Positions 10,920 through 21,022 of a stretch of DNA of 64,000 bases are shown here, piece by piece. This stretch comes from Minisyncoccota bacterium (GTDB lineage: Bacteria; Patescibacteriota; Minisyncoccia; Phycocordibacterales; JABAAK01). The position numbers and the translations under genes are program-made. The stretch covers positions 594,026 through 658,025 of the forward strand of contig OY282360.1 of the NCBI GenBank assembly GCA_958295675.1, read 5' to 3'. The notes beneath the pieces are model-generated. The model saw only the letters and a program-made list of their open reading frames with translations. It ran no database searches and was not told where the DNA came from. The stretch's first letter is position 1; every line of letters begins with the position of its first letter.

Positions 10920-11417
10920 CGATAGATGGATAAGGACGGATGAAACGGGTCCTCCATCACACACAAACAACAACTGTTCGTATGTGAAACCTCGGCGGGG
11001 TGTGACGCTACCGAGGAAACGAGCCCCTTTCCAAAAAATTTGGACACAATGGTCTGTTTGACCATCCGGCACACAGTGTGCGCGCCGTTTCATCCAGAAA
11101 CAGAGAGTATGGTGTTTTCTCCTCCAATATCCAATAGATAGCAAAAGGAGGGAAAATGACCAAGGCACGAAACAAGCACGCCTCACCACCTCTCTACATA
11201 CAATATACCATTTTTATACATAGAAGTCAATACCTTCAAAATGGGGTGTATCCCCTTCAAAATACTCAAAGATAGGGCTGTATATTCCGCAGAGTGTGCC
11301 TTATGTTAGAAAAATATGAGATTGTATACCCTTTTTGAGTGAGTTAAAAACGGAAATTCCGGTAAATTCAGTTTCACTGGGGATTGTGCGTAATATCGTT
11401 TCCACTGATATATGGGT

Positions 11418-13082
11418 TTAGTACATGCCGCCCATTCCCGGTGCGGGCATATCAGGTTTTTCAGGTTCCGGCTTGTCAGTAATCACCGCTTCCGTTGTCA
11501 GAAACATGCCGACTGTTGAAACTGCGTGCTGCAAACCGCCACGAGCAACTTTCACAGGGTCAATAATACCGCTTCGGAACATGTCATCCGTATAATCCCG
11601 CTTCAGCGCATCATATCCGCCTGAAGGTTGAGACATCAATCCGTTTCCGCCGCGCTCCTGCACCTGCCGCACAACTGCTTTTCCTTCTCCGTCACCGACA
11701 GCATTTTCCGCTATCTTGGCAAGCGGTGCTTCAAGAGCCGCAACAACGATGGTATATCCTTTTTCTTCATACTCATCATCCCAGTTCATCTTGCTTTTTT
11801 CCTCGCGCAAATGCTTCGCGATGTGAACAAACGCGGCACCGCCACCGGCTATAACCCCCTCCTCAAGAGCGGCTTTTGTGGCATTAACAGCATCCTCTAT
11901 CTTTAGTTTTAAATATTTCATTTCCGCTTCAGTCGCCGCGCCGACACGAATAACCGCGACTCCTCCTGAAAGTTTCGCTATGCGTTCCTGTATCTTCTCC
12001 AGTTCAAACTGCTGTTCAGTTTCAGCAAGCATATTCTCCAAAGAACGAACCCGCTCTGTGATTGCTGCCTGAGCATTTGAAGAGCCGACAATAATGGTGC
12101 TGTCTTTCTTTGAAACAATGCGAGTCGCGCGACCGAGCACTTCCGTGCCTATGGTCTCAAACGACATACCGGTATCCTGCGCGACGACAGTCGCTCCTAT
12201 AGTAGTGGCAATGTCACCGAGCAGCGCATTCTTTTTATCACCAAAACCCGGTGCTTTAATCGCAAGCACATTAAATGTTCCGCGGAGTTTATTGAGCACA
12301 AATGTGGTGAGTGCTTCGCCATCCACATCATCGGCAATGATCACAAGATTCTTGTGCCCTGCCTGCGTCACCTTTTCCAAAAACGGCATGATATCCTTCA
12401 TGCTTGAAATCTTTTGATCGGTCACCAGTACGGCGATATCTTTATACTCCGCCTCAAATCGTTCAGGGTTGGTCATCATGTACGGAGAGATGTAGCCCTG
12501 ATCTATTTCAAGACCCTCAACCACCTCTGACTCAATGCCGAATGACTGCGATTCTTCAACAGTCACCACACCCTTATTGCCGACTTTCTGTACAGTTTCT
12601 GCAATAATTTTACCGAACTCCTCCGATTCAGCGGAAACTGACGCGATATGCACCACTTCCTCATCTTTTGAAACATTCCGCTTCATTTTATCAAGCTCCT
12701 GTTCCGCCATTGTATGAGCTTTTTCCATACCCCGCCGTACTGAAAGCGCGTTCACACCCTTATCTATCTGTTTCAATCCTTCTTCTATCATCGCATGCGC
12801 AAGCACAACTGATGTGCTGGTGCCGTCCCCGGCAAGCTCGTTTGTTTTATTAGCAACCTCTTTGATAATCTCCGCGCCGACATTTTCAAACTGATCCTCC
12901 AAGGTAATATCCCGAGCAATTGAAACGCCGTCATTGGTGATAGTAGGACCACCGAAGGACTTCTGGAGCGCGACATTTCTGCCGAACGGACCGAGTGTTA
13001 CACCGACAGCATCCGCGACAGCGTCAACGCCTTTTTTCATTTTTGCCCGCGCCTCTTCATGAAATATAATTTCCTTTGCCAT
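11418..13082 (-). CDS. groL: Chaperonin GroEL (Cpn60)
   Basis: MAKEIIFHEEARAKM..., GDGTSTSV motif, C-terminal GGM repeats. Confidence 0.95.
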   Translation of the reverse strand: MAKEIIFHEEARAKMKKGVDAVADAVGVTLGPFGRNVALQKSFGGPTITNDGVSIARDITLEDQFENVGAEIIKEVANKTNELAGDGTSTSVVLAHAMIEEGLKQIDKGVNALSVRRGMEKAHTMAEQELDKMKRNVSKDEEVVHIASVSAESEEFGKIIAETVQKVGNKGVVTVEESQSFGIESEVVEGLEIDQGYISPYMMTNPERFEAEYKDIAVLVTDQKISSMKDIMPFLEKVTQAGHKNLVIIADDVDGEALTTFVLNKLRGTFNVLAIKAPGFGDKKNALLGDIATTIGATVVAQDTGMSFETIGTEVLGRATRIVSKKDSTIIVGSSNAQAAITERVRSLENMLAETEQQFELEKIQERIAKLSGGVAVIRVGAATEAEMKYLKLKIEDAVNATKAALEEGVIAGGGAAFVHIAKHLREEKSKMNWDDEYEEKGYTIVVAALEAPLAKIAENAVGDGEGKAVVRQVQERGGNGLMSQPSGGYDALKRDYTDDMFRSGIIDPVKVARGGLQHAVSTVGMFLTTEAVITDKPEPEKPDMPAPGMGGMY

Positions 13083-13087
13083 ATACT

Positions 13088-13393
13088 TTAATTATCGTTA
13101 TCGTTATTCAATATACCGAGTAAACTGCTTTCACTGACTAAATGGTATTCTTTTCCGCCGGTTTCCACCTTTTCGCCCCATGAAAAAATGACTTTTTGTC
13201 CTGCCGCAACTTTCGGCTTTATAACAGTGCCGTTGTCAGTTTCCCGCCCGGGACCGACTGCAATAACGGTGCCAATATTACTTTCTCCCCCGTCCGGGTT
13301 TTTCGGCAGAATAATACCGGATCGTACCTCTTCTCCTTTTTCCGCTTTCTCCACAAGTACACGATCCCCCAATGGTGTGATTGGTGTGCTCAT
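13088..13393 (-). CDS. groS: Co-chaperonin GroES (Cpn10)
   Basis: PLGDRVLVEK...GIILP motif, located immediately upstream of groEL. Confidence 0.85.
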   Translation of the reverse strand: MSTPITPLGDRVLVEKAEKGEEVRSGIILPKNPDGGESNIGTVIAVGPGRETDNGTVIKPKVAAGQKVIFSWGEKVETGGKEYHLVSESSLLGILNNDNDN

Positions 13394-13645
13394 TTTCTGA
13401 TTATATAGTACCTACTAATAATATGTATAATATATTAAACACAATACATACCTCTTACTCCGCATCAAAACTCATTTCACCTCAATACAATCACATTTTC
13501 ATCAAAAAAGGTATATACCACACAAAAGTATATACAAAAAGATGAGGAAATGCAAGAAAATATACTAGATAACAGATACATATGTATGTAAAACAATCTT
13601 GAGCTGGGTATCAACCGACAAAAGCGATGTGATATAATTAACAGT

Positions 13646-13876
13646 ATGGATATCGCATTCATCATACAGGCGGTGCAAGTCGTCAGTGCTGTGCTGCTTA
13701 TCATTGCCATACTTCTGCTTCGCAGTGAGGCAAGTGTCGGCGGCGCATTCGGCGGAGACAATATAACTGAAGGAGGCGGTGTACGGCGACGGGGTTCTGA
13801 GAAAATCATGTTTATCGGCACTGTGATCCTGGCAGTTGTATTCGTGGTAAGTATCGCTCTTCCGCTTGTTGTGTAA
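13646..13876 (+). CDS. secG: Preprotein translocase subunit SecG
   Basis: 76 aa with two TM helices flanking a Gly-rich loop (GGAFGGD...GGGVRRRG), the typical SecG layout. Confidence 0.55.
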   Translation: MDIAFIIQAVQVVSAVLLIIAILLLRSEASVGGAFGGDNITEGGGVRRRGSEKIMFIGTVILAVVFVVSIALPLVV

Positions 13877-13957
13877 TACAATATAAACATCCCGACAGAC
13901 ACTGTATACTAAGAGTGTGCGTGATACAATTATCGCATTTCACACTGCTATATTACA

Positions 13958-15700
13958 ATGAATTCTTTCTCATCGTTTCGCCCGCATGCGGGAATGTACA
14001 GCAAACTGCCACTGTCAGATGCGCTCATTATTATTATGCTTTTAGCAATACTGTCCGCTAACTTACTGGCAGTAATACACATTCTCAACAACTTTTTGGT
14101 GGCTGAAATACCGATACGCCACAGTACTATCAACGAAGGCATTGTCGGCGTGCCGGTACACAAAAATCCCTTGTTCGCGACATCAATAGTGGAACAGGAT
14201 ATTGCCGCACTCACGCACGCAGGTTTGTTGCAGCGAAATATGAACGGTGTGTTCACACCGCAACTCGCGGCTGACTGGAAACAAGACAGCAAGAATCAAT
14301 ATACACTGCACCTCAGAAAAAATGTGTTCTTCCATGACGGCACACCGCTCACGACCGCGGATGTGCTGTACACAATTAGAATAATCGGACTGCTGCCCGA
14401 GAAAAACGAGTATAGAATAGCATGGAATGGCGTTGAGGTCTCAGCACCGGATGAGCATACCGTTATTGTGACTGTGCCGGAAGGCAATCTGCACTTCCCC
14501 GAAGGATTCACCGTACCGATATTGCCGAAACATATCTGGCAGAAAATTCCGGAAGAGGACTGGCAGAAGTACAAAGGATCAGGAGCATACACGGGAGCGG
14601 GACCGTACATGCACCGAAGCGAAACACTGACTATGGATGAGCGGCTCACAACGCTAACACTGGAAGAATTCCCAGGATATGCACTCGGACGCCCGTACGT
14701 TGAAAAGATTACCTTTCATTTTTTCGCAACTCCGTCTGAACTGCTCAAAGCGTACACAAACGGCACCATCAATGCGCTTCACAGTATCGCACCGGCAGAA
14801 GTTGCCGCGTTGATGCGGCAGAACGAAACCGATCATACAGTGTATACCGCGCGGACAAATCGTATATTCGGTATATTTTTTAATGCAGGAGACGGTCGGA
14901 CCCTGGAGAACCCGTTTCTCAGAAGTATTCTCGCACAGAGGATTCAACGAGAACATATAGTCACCAATATATTCCAGGAACAGGCAACCGCGATACAGGG
15001 ACCGCTCGCCACGGATGAAGACATAAAAGAGCAGCATATTACAACCGAGGAGATACAACAGACACTTGAAGATATCGGATGGAAATTTGACGGAGCAAGC
15101 GGATACCGGGAAAAAGACGGTGTACCGCTCCGCCTGTCATTCGTGTTTCCCGATATTGAGGAAATGCGGCAAATCGCCGAGATACTCGTGACTGAATGGA
15201 AAAAATTCGGTGTGGATATTGAAATGCGCGCATTGCCGCAGATTGTGATGAAAAATATCATTGACGAAAGACAGTTTGATATAATCCTCCACGGCTACAC
15301 AGCGGAAAAACCGAAAAATCTCGGAAATCTCTGGAAATCAGGCGATGAAAATAATATTGCATCGCTGATTAGTTTCGGCAGTCCGACACTTAATTCCCTG
15401 CTTGAGGAATTAGAACATTCTTCCCCGCCGGAACGATATGCTGAAAAAGCAGACGAAATGAATGATAGCACATGGCGTAAAATGGTGTATACTGATATTA
15501 AAGTAGAGATGAAAAAAAGTGTACCCGCTGTCTTTCTCTATTCACCACACTTTCTGTATATACTGCCGGGTAACATTATCAGTGATGATTTGCGGAATAC
15601 CCATCAAAACCGCATAACAAAACCGAGGGATCGATTCAGCGCAGTACACAAGTGGCATACCAAAAAAGAAAAAGTATGGAAATTCCTGGTAAAGGAATAA
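13958..15700 (+). CDS. Extracellular solute-binding protein family 5 (Opp/Dpp-type peptide-binding protein), with N-terminal membrane anchor
   Basis: N-terminal TM then about 540 aa with SBP_bac_5-like regions. No permease or ATPase genes are adjacent. Confidence 0.65.
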   Translation: MNSFSSFRPHAGMYSKLPLSDALIIIMLLAILSANLLAVIHILNNFLVAEIPIRHSTINEGIVGVPVHKNPLFATSIVEQDIAALTHAGLLQRNMNGVFTPQLAADWKQDSKNQYTLHLRKNVFFHDGTPLTTADVLYTIRIIGLLPEKNEYRIAWNGVEVSAPDEHTVIVTVPEGNLHFPEGFTVPILPKHIWQKIPEEDWQKYKGSGAYTGAGPYMHRSETLTMDERLTTLTLEEFPGYALGRPYVEKITFHFFATPSELLKAYTNGTINALHSIAPAEVAALMRQNETDHTVYTARTNRIFGIFFNAGDGRTLENPFLRSILAQRIQREHIVTNIFQEQATAIQGPLATDEDIKEQHITTEEIQQTLEDIGWKFDGASGYREKDGVPLRLSFVFPDIEEMRQIAEILVTEWKKFGVDIEMRALPQIVMKNIIDERQFDIILHGYTAEKPKNLGNLWKSGDENNIASLISFGSPTLNSLLEELEHSSPPERYAEKADEMNDSTWRKMVYTDIKVEMKKSVPAVFLYSPHFLYILPGNIISDDLRNTHQNRITKPRDRFSAVHKWHTKKEKVWKFLVKE

Positions 15701-15705
15701 GCGGG

Positions 15706-17544
15706 ATGGCAATCGCAAGCAACTATACAATGGCAATCATAAACAGAAATACAATCAGAAGAAGGAACACCGCACGCGACAGACAATCGCCCGGACGACG
15801 CATGAAACAGCCGGAAAGAACAAGACAATCCGCACCGCAAAAGAAAAATTCCTTCATACCGAAACCAAGACCCGGTGAGATACGAACACTTATCCTCGGC
15901 GGAGTGTCAGAAATCGGTAAAAATATGTACGCTGTTGAGTACAACGATTCCATAGTAGTATTTGAATGCGGCACTATGTTCGGCGAAAGCACAACACCGG
16001 GTATCAGCACAATAATGCCGAATATAGAATATCTGAAAGAAAGGAAACAAAGCGTGCGCGCATTGGTGGTAAGCGATGCGTCAATGGCGCATATCGGTGC
16101 CATTCCGCACGCGATTCGCGATATCGGCAATCCGACCGTATACTGTCGCACGCTTACCAAAGCAGTTATTGAAAGATATCAGGAAACTGTACGACGCGCT
16201 CCCACGCCTTCATTCTATGAAGTGAAAAAATCAGAAACTGTAAAAATAGCGGATGACATACTGCTGCATTTTTTCGGCATCTCGGATGAAACACCCGGAA
16301 CACTTGGCATCATCATGGAAACAGAATCAGGATGCGTCGCATACACCGACGGCATGCGGGTAAAAAACACAAACGGAGTGGTTGAACCGAAAGAGGAAGA
16401 AAGATTTAAGGTCCTGAGAGAAAAAGAAGTGGTGCTCTCAATAGCGGGATCCGTCAATGCTGAGCGACCGGGGTTCTCTATGAGCGACAAAGAAATTGCG
16501 GAAAAAATAACGCACATCCTGAAAGAAGCACCGAATCGAACATTTCTCCCTCTCTTCCCTTCTCAAATACAGAGAAACGGATTGATTTTAGAAGCTGCTC
16601 TCAAACTCGGCAAAAAAATATTCGTACAAAGCGTATTCCTTCTGAAAAACCTGGAAACAGCATGCGATCTCGGTCTTATCTCAATACCGAAAGAGGCAAT
16701 CATTCCTATTGATGAACTTCAGAATGAAAGTGATGGCAGTAACGATCTTATCGTGCTGGGTGCCGCGGAAAATGAAGAGTACGACATGCTTGAGAAAATG
16801 TCACAGGAAGCGTACAGCCACACATCAGTAATGAAAGAGGATACAATGATATTCCCGTCCCCTGTTATTCCGACAAATGCGCGATCCACACAAAATCTCA
16901 AAGACCGTTTGTCCCGTCTCGGCGCGATAATTCAGTCATATGACACGAGCGATGTAAAGGCGAGTATTCATGCCGGTAAGGATGAATTGCATTGGATACA
17001 CCAGCGGGCAAATCCGAAGTACTTCATACCCGTTCAGGGGTACCACTACATGCTCACGGCACATACGCACATACTTCGCGATATCGGCATGTCTCCGGAC
17101 TCATGTGTGATTCCTGAAAACGGATCAATCATTGACATCAGTCAGGACAACAAGATAATCAAAAGACAAAAACAACGGCTGTCGGTATCACCGGTATCCG
17201 TGGACGGACATACCCCGACACTCGTGCATGATGTCGTGGTGCAGGACAGAAAAACACTCGCGCAGGAAGGGATACTCATCGTGGTAGTATTTATCAATCA
17301 AAAGAAACTTGAGCTCAGAAAATCACCCGATATTCTTTCCCGTGGTTTTATATATCTGAGAGAATCACGGGATCTTATCGCCCGTATTCGTCTCGTCATC
17401 AAAAAAGTCACGGAAAAAGAAGCGCAGGAACACGGAAAGGTTGATATAGATACGATGAAAAAAGCGATACAAAAAGAAGCGCAAAACTTTCTGGTGAACG
17501 AAACAAATAAAAAACCGATTATTATCCCTGTCATATTCACATAA
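15706..17544 (+). CDS. RNase J-like paralog with a degenerate metallo-beta-lactamase motif, probably catalytically impaired; basic N-terminal extension
   Basis: Co-linear with the downstream RNase J (MBL, beta-CASP and C-terminal domains). It has SDASMAHIGA where the canonical SHAHLDHIGG (HxHxDH) should be. The start at 15706 was chosen because it avoids overlap and sits after AGGA; the ORF-track start is a GTG at 15652. Confidence 0.7.
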   Translation: MAIASNYTMAIINRNTIRRRNTARDRQSPGRRMKQPERTRQSAPQKKNSFIPKPRPGEIRTLILGGVSEIGKNMYAVEYNDSIVVFECGTMFGESTTPGISTIMPNIEYLKERKQSVRALVVSDASMAHIGAIPHAIRDIGNPTVYCRTLTKAVIERYQETVRRAPTPSFYEVKKSETVKIADDILLHFFGISDETPGTLGIIMETESGCVAYTDGMRVKNTNGVVEPKEEERFKVLREKEVVLSIAGSVNAERPGFSMSDKEIAEKITHILKEAPNRTFLPLFPSQIQRNGLILEAALKLGKKIFVQSVFLLKNLETACDLGLISIPKEAIIPIDELQNESDGSNDLIVLGAAENEEYDMLEKMSQEAYSHTSVMKEDTMIFPSPVIPTNARSTQNLKDRLSRLGAIIQSYDTSDVKASIHAGKDELHWIHQRANPKYFIPVQGYHYMLTAHTHILRDIGMSPDSCVIPENGSIIDISQDNKIIKRQKQRLSVSPVSVDGHTPTLVHDVVVQDRKTLAQEGILIVVVFINQKKLELRKSPDILSRGFIYLRESRDLIARIRLVIKKVTEKEAQEHGKVDIDTMKKAIQKEAQNFLVNETNKKPIIIPVIFT

Positions 17545-17548
17545 CACT

Positions 17549-19435
17549 ATGAGAGAGAAAACGACAATTAAAAAAAGCGCGCCAGAGCAAAAAAAACAAT
17601 CAGCGACAACGGTGAAACAGAAAGCGAGCGAAAATGAAAAACAAAAAGTACCGCGAGGATTGTACCAAAAGCCAATTCGCCGTCAGGGCGGACTTATCGG
17701 ATCCCGGGAACTGACTATGGGTTCTGAAACAGAATCCACACTCACTATACCAAAACAGGAAAAAGGTTCTGTCCGTGTACTTTTCTTCGGCGGTGTCGGC
17801 GAAATAGGTAAAAACATGTACGCCATTGAACTTGAGGACGATATACTCATCATGGATTGCGGCCTTAAATTTTCTGAAGAAGACACGCCTGGTGTTGACT
17901 TCCTGGTGCCGAATGTGCAGTACCTCGAAGAAAGAAAAGAAAAAATACGAGGCATAGTTATTTCTCACGCTCACCTCGACCACATCGGCGGGATATCAGT
18001 ATTAATGGAAAAACTCGGAAACCCGCCGATATTCTCAAGAAGACTCAGTATTGAACTCATTAAAAACAGGCAGGGTGAATTTGAGAGTAAAGAGCCAATC
18101 GTCTACCACGAAGTTGAAAAAAACACTGTACTGAAACTGACTGAAAATCTGACACTGACCTTCTTCGCCGTTACACATACTATTCCCGACTCAATGGGCA
18201 TAATCATTGATACTCCGGCGGGAATAATCACTTTTACCGGCGATCTGAAACTGACACACATAGACGGTGTCGTCAGCAAGGAAGAAGAAAGCGAATTTTC
18301 CGTCTTCAAAAAGAAAAAAGTGCTGCTGACCATGGCAGATTCAACCAATGCGGACCGCCCCGGCTTTTCTCTGCCTGAAAGCAGGGTTATTGAAACAATC
18401 GGAAAAATTATACGCCAAACAAAAGGATGTATTATTCTTTCATCTTTCTCTTCACAGATAGAACGAACAATACAAGTTATTGAACATGCCATAGCGGACG
18501 GAAGAAAGGTGATCGTTCAAGGACGATCAATGATAACCAATCTTACCATCGCCTCAGGAATGGGATTATTAAAAATGCCTATGAGTTCCATCATACCGAT
18601 AGAAAAGATGGGTGATTACCCAAGAGAGAAAATATTGGTGCTTGCGACCGGCGCGCAGGGCGATAACTTCACCGCGCTTGACCGCATGTCCCGTGAAGCA
18701 CATCGACACATGAAACTCGGGCGGGATGATACTGTGGTCTTTTCATCATCGGTCATTCCCGGCAATGAAGAGCCGGTGCAGAACCTCAAGGACCGTCTGT
18801 CCCGCCTCGGCGTGAACCTTATCACATACCAAACAAGTGATGTTCACTCAAGCGGTCACGCGAATCGGGACGAGTTGAAGTGGATACACGAACACATCAA
18901 TGCGAAGTTTTTCCTGCCTATACACGGATACCACTACATGCTGTCAGCACACGCGCAGATTCTGCACGATATAGGCATGGCGGAGGAAAACACTGTACTT
19001 CCCGATAACGGATCAATAATTGATATCAGTCCGGACGGGAAAACAATAACAAAACAAGAGTACACCATGCCGACAAAACTGACTGTTGTGGACGGAAATG
19101 CCGTCGGCACGGTGCAAAACATCGTCCTCAGCGACCGAAAGATTTTGAAGGAAGACGGTATTTTTGTTGTTATTGTACTGATAAATCAAAGGAACAAAAG
19201 AGTAAAGAAGTCCCCCGACATCATATCCAGGGGTTTTATATATCTGAAAGAATCCCAACAAATAGTGAACAGGGCAAGATTTGTCGCAAAAAAATCAGCT
19301 GAACAAAATATGCAGCGAGGCAAATCAATCAATATTGAAAATTTGAAACGATCCATAAACAGGGAAATACAGAACTTCCTGTATTCCGAGACAAAAAAGC
19401 GACCGATCGTGATGTCTGTGGTGTATGTACAGTAA
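17549..19435 (+). CDS. rnj: Ribonuclease J (canonical HxHxDH intact)
   Basis: VISHAHLDHIGG motif, beta-CASP region, and an RNase J C-terminal domain. Confidence 0.85.
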   Translation: MREKTTIKKSAPEQKKQSATTVKQKASENEKQKVPRGLYQKPIRRQGGLIGSRELTMGSETESTLTIPKQEKGSVRVLFFGGVGEIGKNMYAIELEDDILIMDCGLKFSEEDTPGVDFLVPNVQYLEERKEKIRGIVISHAHLDHIGGISVLMEKLGNPPIFSRRLSIELIKNRQGEFESKEPIVYHEVEKNTVLKLTENLTLTFFAVTHTIPDSMGIIIDTPAGIITFTGDLKLTHIDGVVSKEEESEFSVFKKKKVLLTMADSTNADRPGFSLPESRVIETIGKIIRQTKGCIILSSFSSQIERTIQVIEHAIADGRKVIVQGRSMITNLTIASGMGLLKMPMSSIIPIEKMGDYPREKILVLATGAQGDNFTALDRMSREAHRHMKLGRDDTVVFSSSVIPGNEEPVQNLKDRLSRLGVNLITYQTSDVHSSGHANRDELKWIHEHINAKFFLPIHGYHYMLSAHAQILHDIGMAEENTVLPDNGSIIDISPDGKTITKQEYTMPTKLTVVDGNAVGTVQNIVLSDRKILKEDGIFVVIVLINQRNKRVKKSPDIISRGFIYLKESQQIVNRARFVAKKSAEQNMQRGKSINIENLKRSINREIQNFLYSETKKRPIVMSVVYVQ

Positions 19436-19457
19436 TAAGTACTGAACACTTTTCCGC

Positions 19458-20283
19458 TCATTCAATCAGATAATACCTATTATTCCGTTTTTCAACAATC
19501 CCGTCGGAAACAAGTCCGGCAAGTGCTTCTGTTACTTTCTCAGATTGAACGCCGGACAGATTTTTAGAAGAAAGACCATTCGTGTGTTCCAAACACAGGC
19601 GAAGCAATTCGCCTCGCGCCTGTCTGACAGAGCCGGCAAATTTTTTCTGTTTTGTATACTGCTTGCTTCGCGTATTCATGGCAACGCCGGATTGTTTCAG
19701 ATACGATCCATAATCCATGAGCGCGCTGTAGAACACGCGGGGACCCGTGCGTTTCCGACCCGCATCCCGCATCATAGGTTCCACAAACTGCTTAACAACT
19801 GTATCATCAACATCCTGATCTTCCGGTATGCAATGATGAAACACCACAGTCCGTATATTTGTTTCAACCACAACCGCATCCATATCGTATGCAAAAATCA
19901 TCACAGCACCGGCAGTATATTCACCGATACCGGGAAGCGTGAGGAGTATTTCCTTCTCTTTCGGAATTAAACCATTATGAGTGTCAACAACTATCTTCGC
20001 GGCATTGTGCAGAGCAATCGCTCGCCTGTTGTATCCCAGACCGCTCCATAGCGCAAGCACATCACGCCTGTCCGCTCCGGCAAGTTTTTGTACGGTCGGA
20101 AATTTTTTCAGAAACATATAATACTTCGGCACAACACGATCGGTTTGCGTTTGTTGCAGCATATATTCGGAAACCAAAATATGGTACGGATTATTCGTTT
20201 CCCGCCACGGAAATGACCGCCCATTCTGACGATAGTATGAAAAAATAATATCAACAACATCCGACAACTCTTTCTTTCGCATA
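19458..20283 (-). CDS. HhH-GPD superfamily DNA glycosylase (MutY/MagIII-like), without Fe-S cluster cysteines
   Basis: LPGIGEYTAGAV helix-hairpin-helix and an ...FPWRE N-terminal motif. The start is uncertain; the longer ORF to 20414 begins with TTG and crosses a GC-rich hairpin/terminator-like element. Confidence 0.6.
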
Positions 20284-21022
20284 TACATACACAGTGTAAC
20301 AAAATAATACAGCAAATGAAAACCCCCGGCGACCCGAGGTTGAAACAGGGTAGCCGAGGGGCTTAAGCGCGCTTTTATTGTGCGCAACTTTTTTAATCGC
20401 GTCATATGTGACAACGATTAAACATCTTCATGTGGACTTATATGTATCTCACATAAATGATATGTGTGCGATTCTAAGCGCGAGAAAAGAAAAGATGCGG
20501 CAACAGTTACAATAAAACTTATCAATCCGTGTTCACGCCTTGAGTGACTGCGAACCTTGGAAACAGCAATTCTGTCTTTGTAACAGAAATTGCTCATGCC
20601 TAACCATCCTGTCTTCAGACAAAGATATATCCTCGGCAAAAAATTTCATGTTCACTGATTTCTGACGCAATCTTTTCGCGCAGCGCAGATTAAATGCGCA
20701 TACGCTATTCAACGGGACTTTCGGTCACCGTCGTTAGGCGAGGTTATACGAAATAACACTCGCAGAAAAGATAAAGAACAAACACATTTTTTGATGTTAA
20801 AGATCAACTGGCGGGATGAGCAGGTCACCTGTTCTGGTGAAGTACGCTCGTTATGCTGTCTGTCATAGAGTTTTCTAATTTCATATAGAACTCTATATTT
20901 TTAGACAAATCACTTACCCGTCTACCTATAGAGTACAACAAAAAATGGAATATGGACAACCCTTGTGGAAAACCGCTTGTGTCGCGGCAACTGCACGCAA
21001 AACAGGAACAGTAAAAGAAAAA

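Noticed and set aside
10709-11189. ORFs 10709-11074 and 10839-11189 (minus strand)
   Set aside because: Both read straight through the perfect terminator hairpin at 10896-10919 and into the lemA start region. Their products are Cys/His-rich and low in complexity.
11628-13408. Antisense or alternate-frame ORFs within groEL/groES (e.g. 11628-11906, 12094-12417, 13188-13400)
   Set aside because: Shadow ORFs inside very confidently identified chaperonin genes.
13394-13480. Expected CIRCE/HrcA operator (TTAGCACTC-N9-GAGTGCTAA) upstream of groES
   Set aside because: Looked for on both strands in the groES upstream region and not found. The heat-shock control of this operon is therefore unknown, and no feature is reported.
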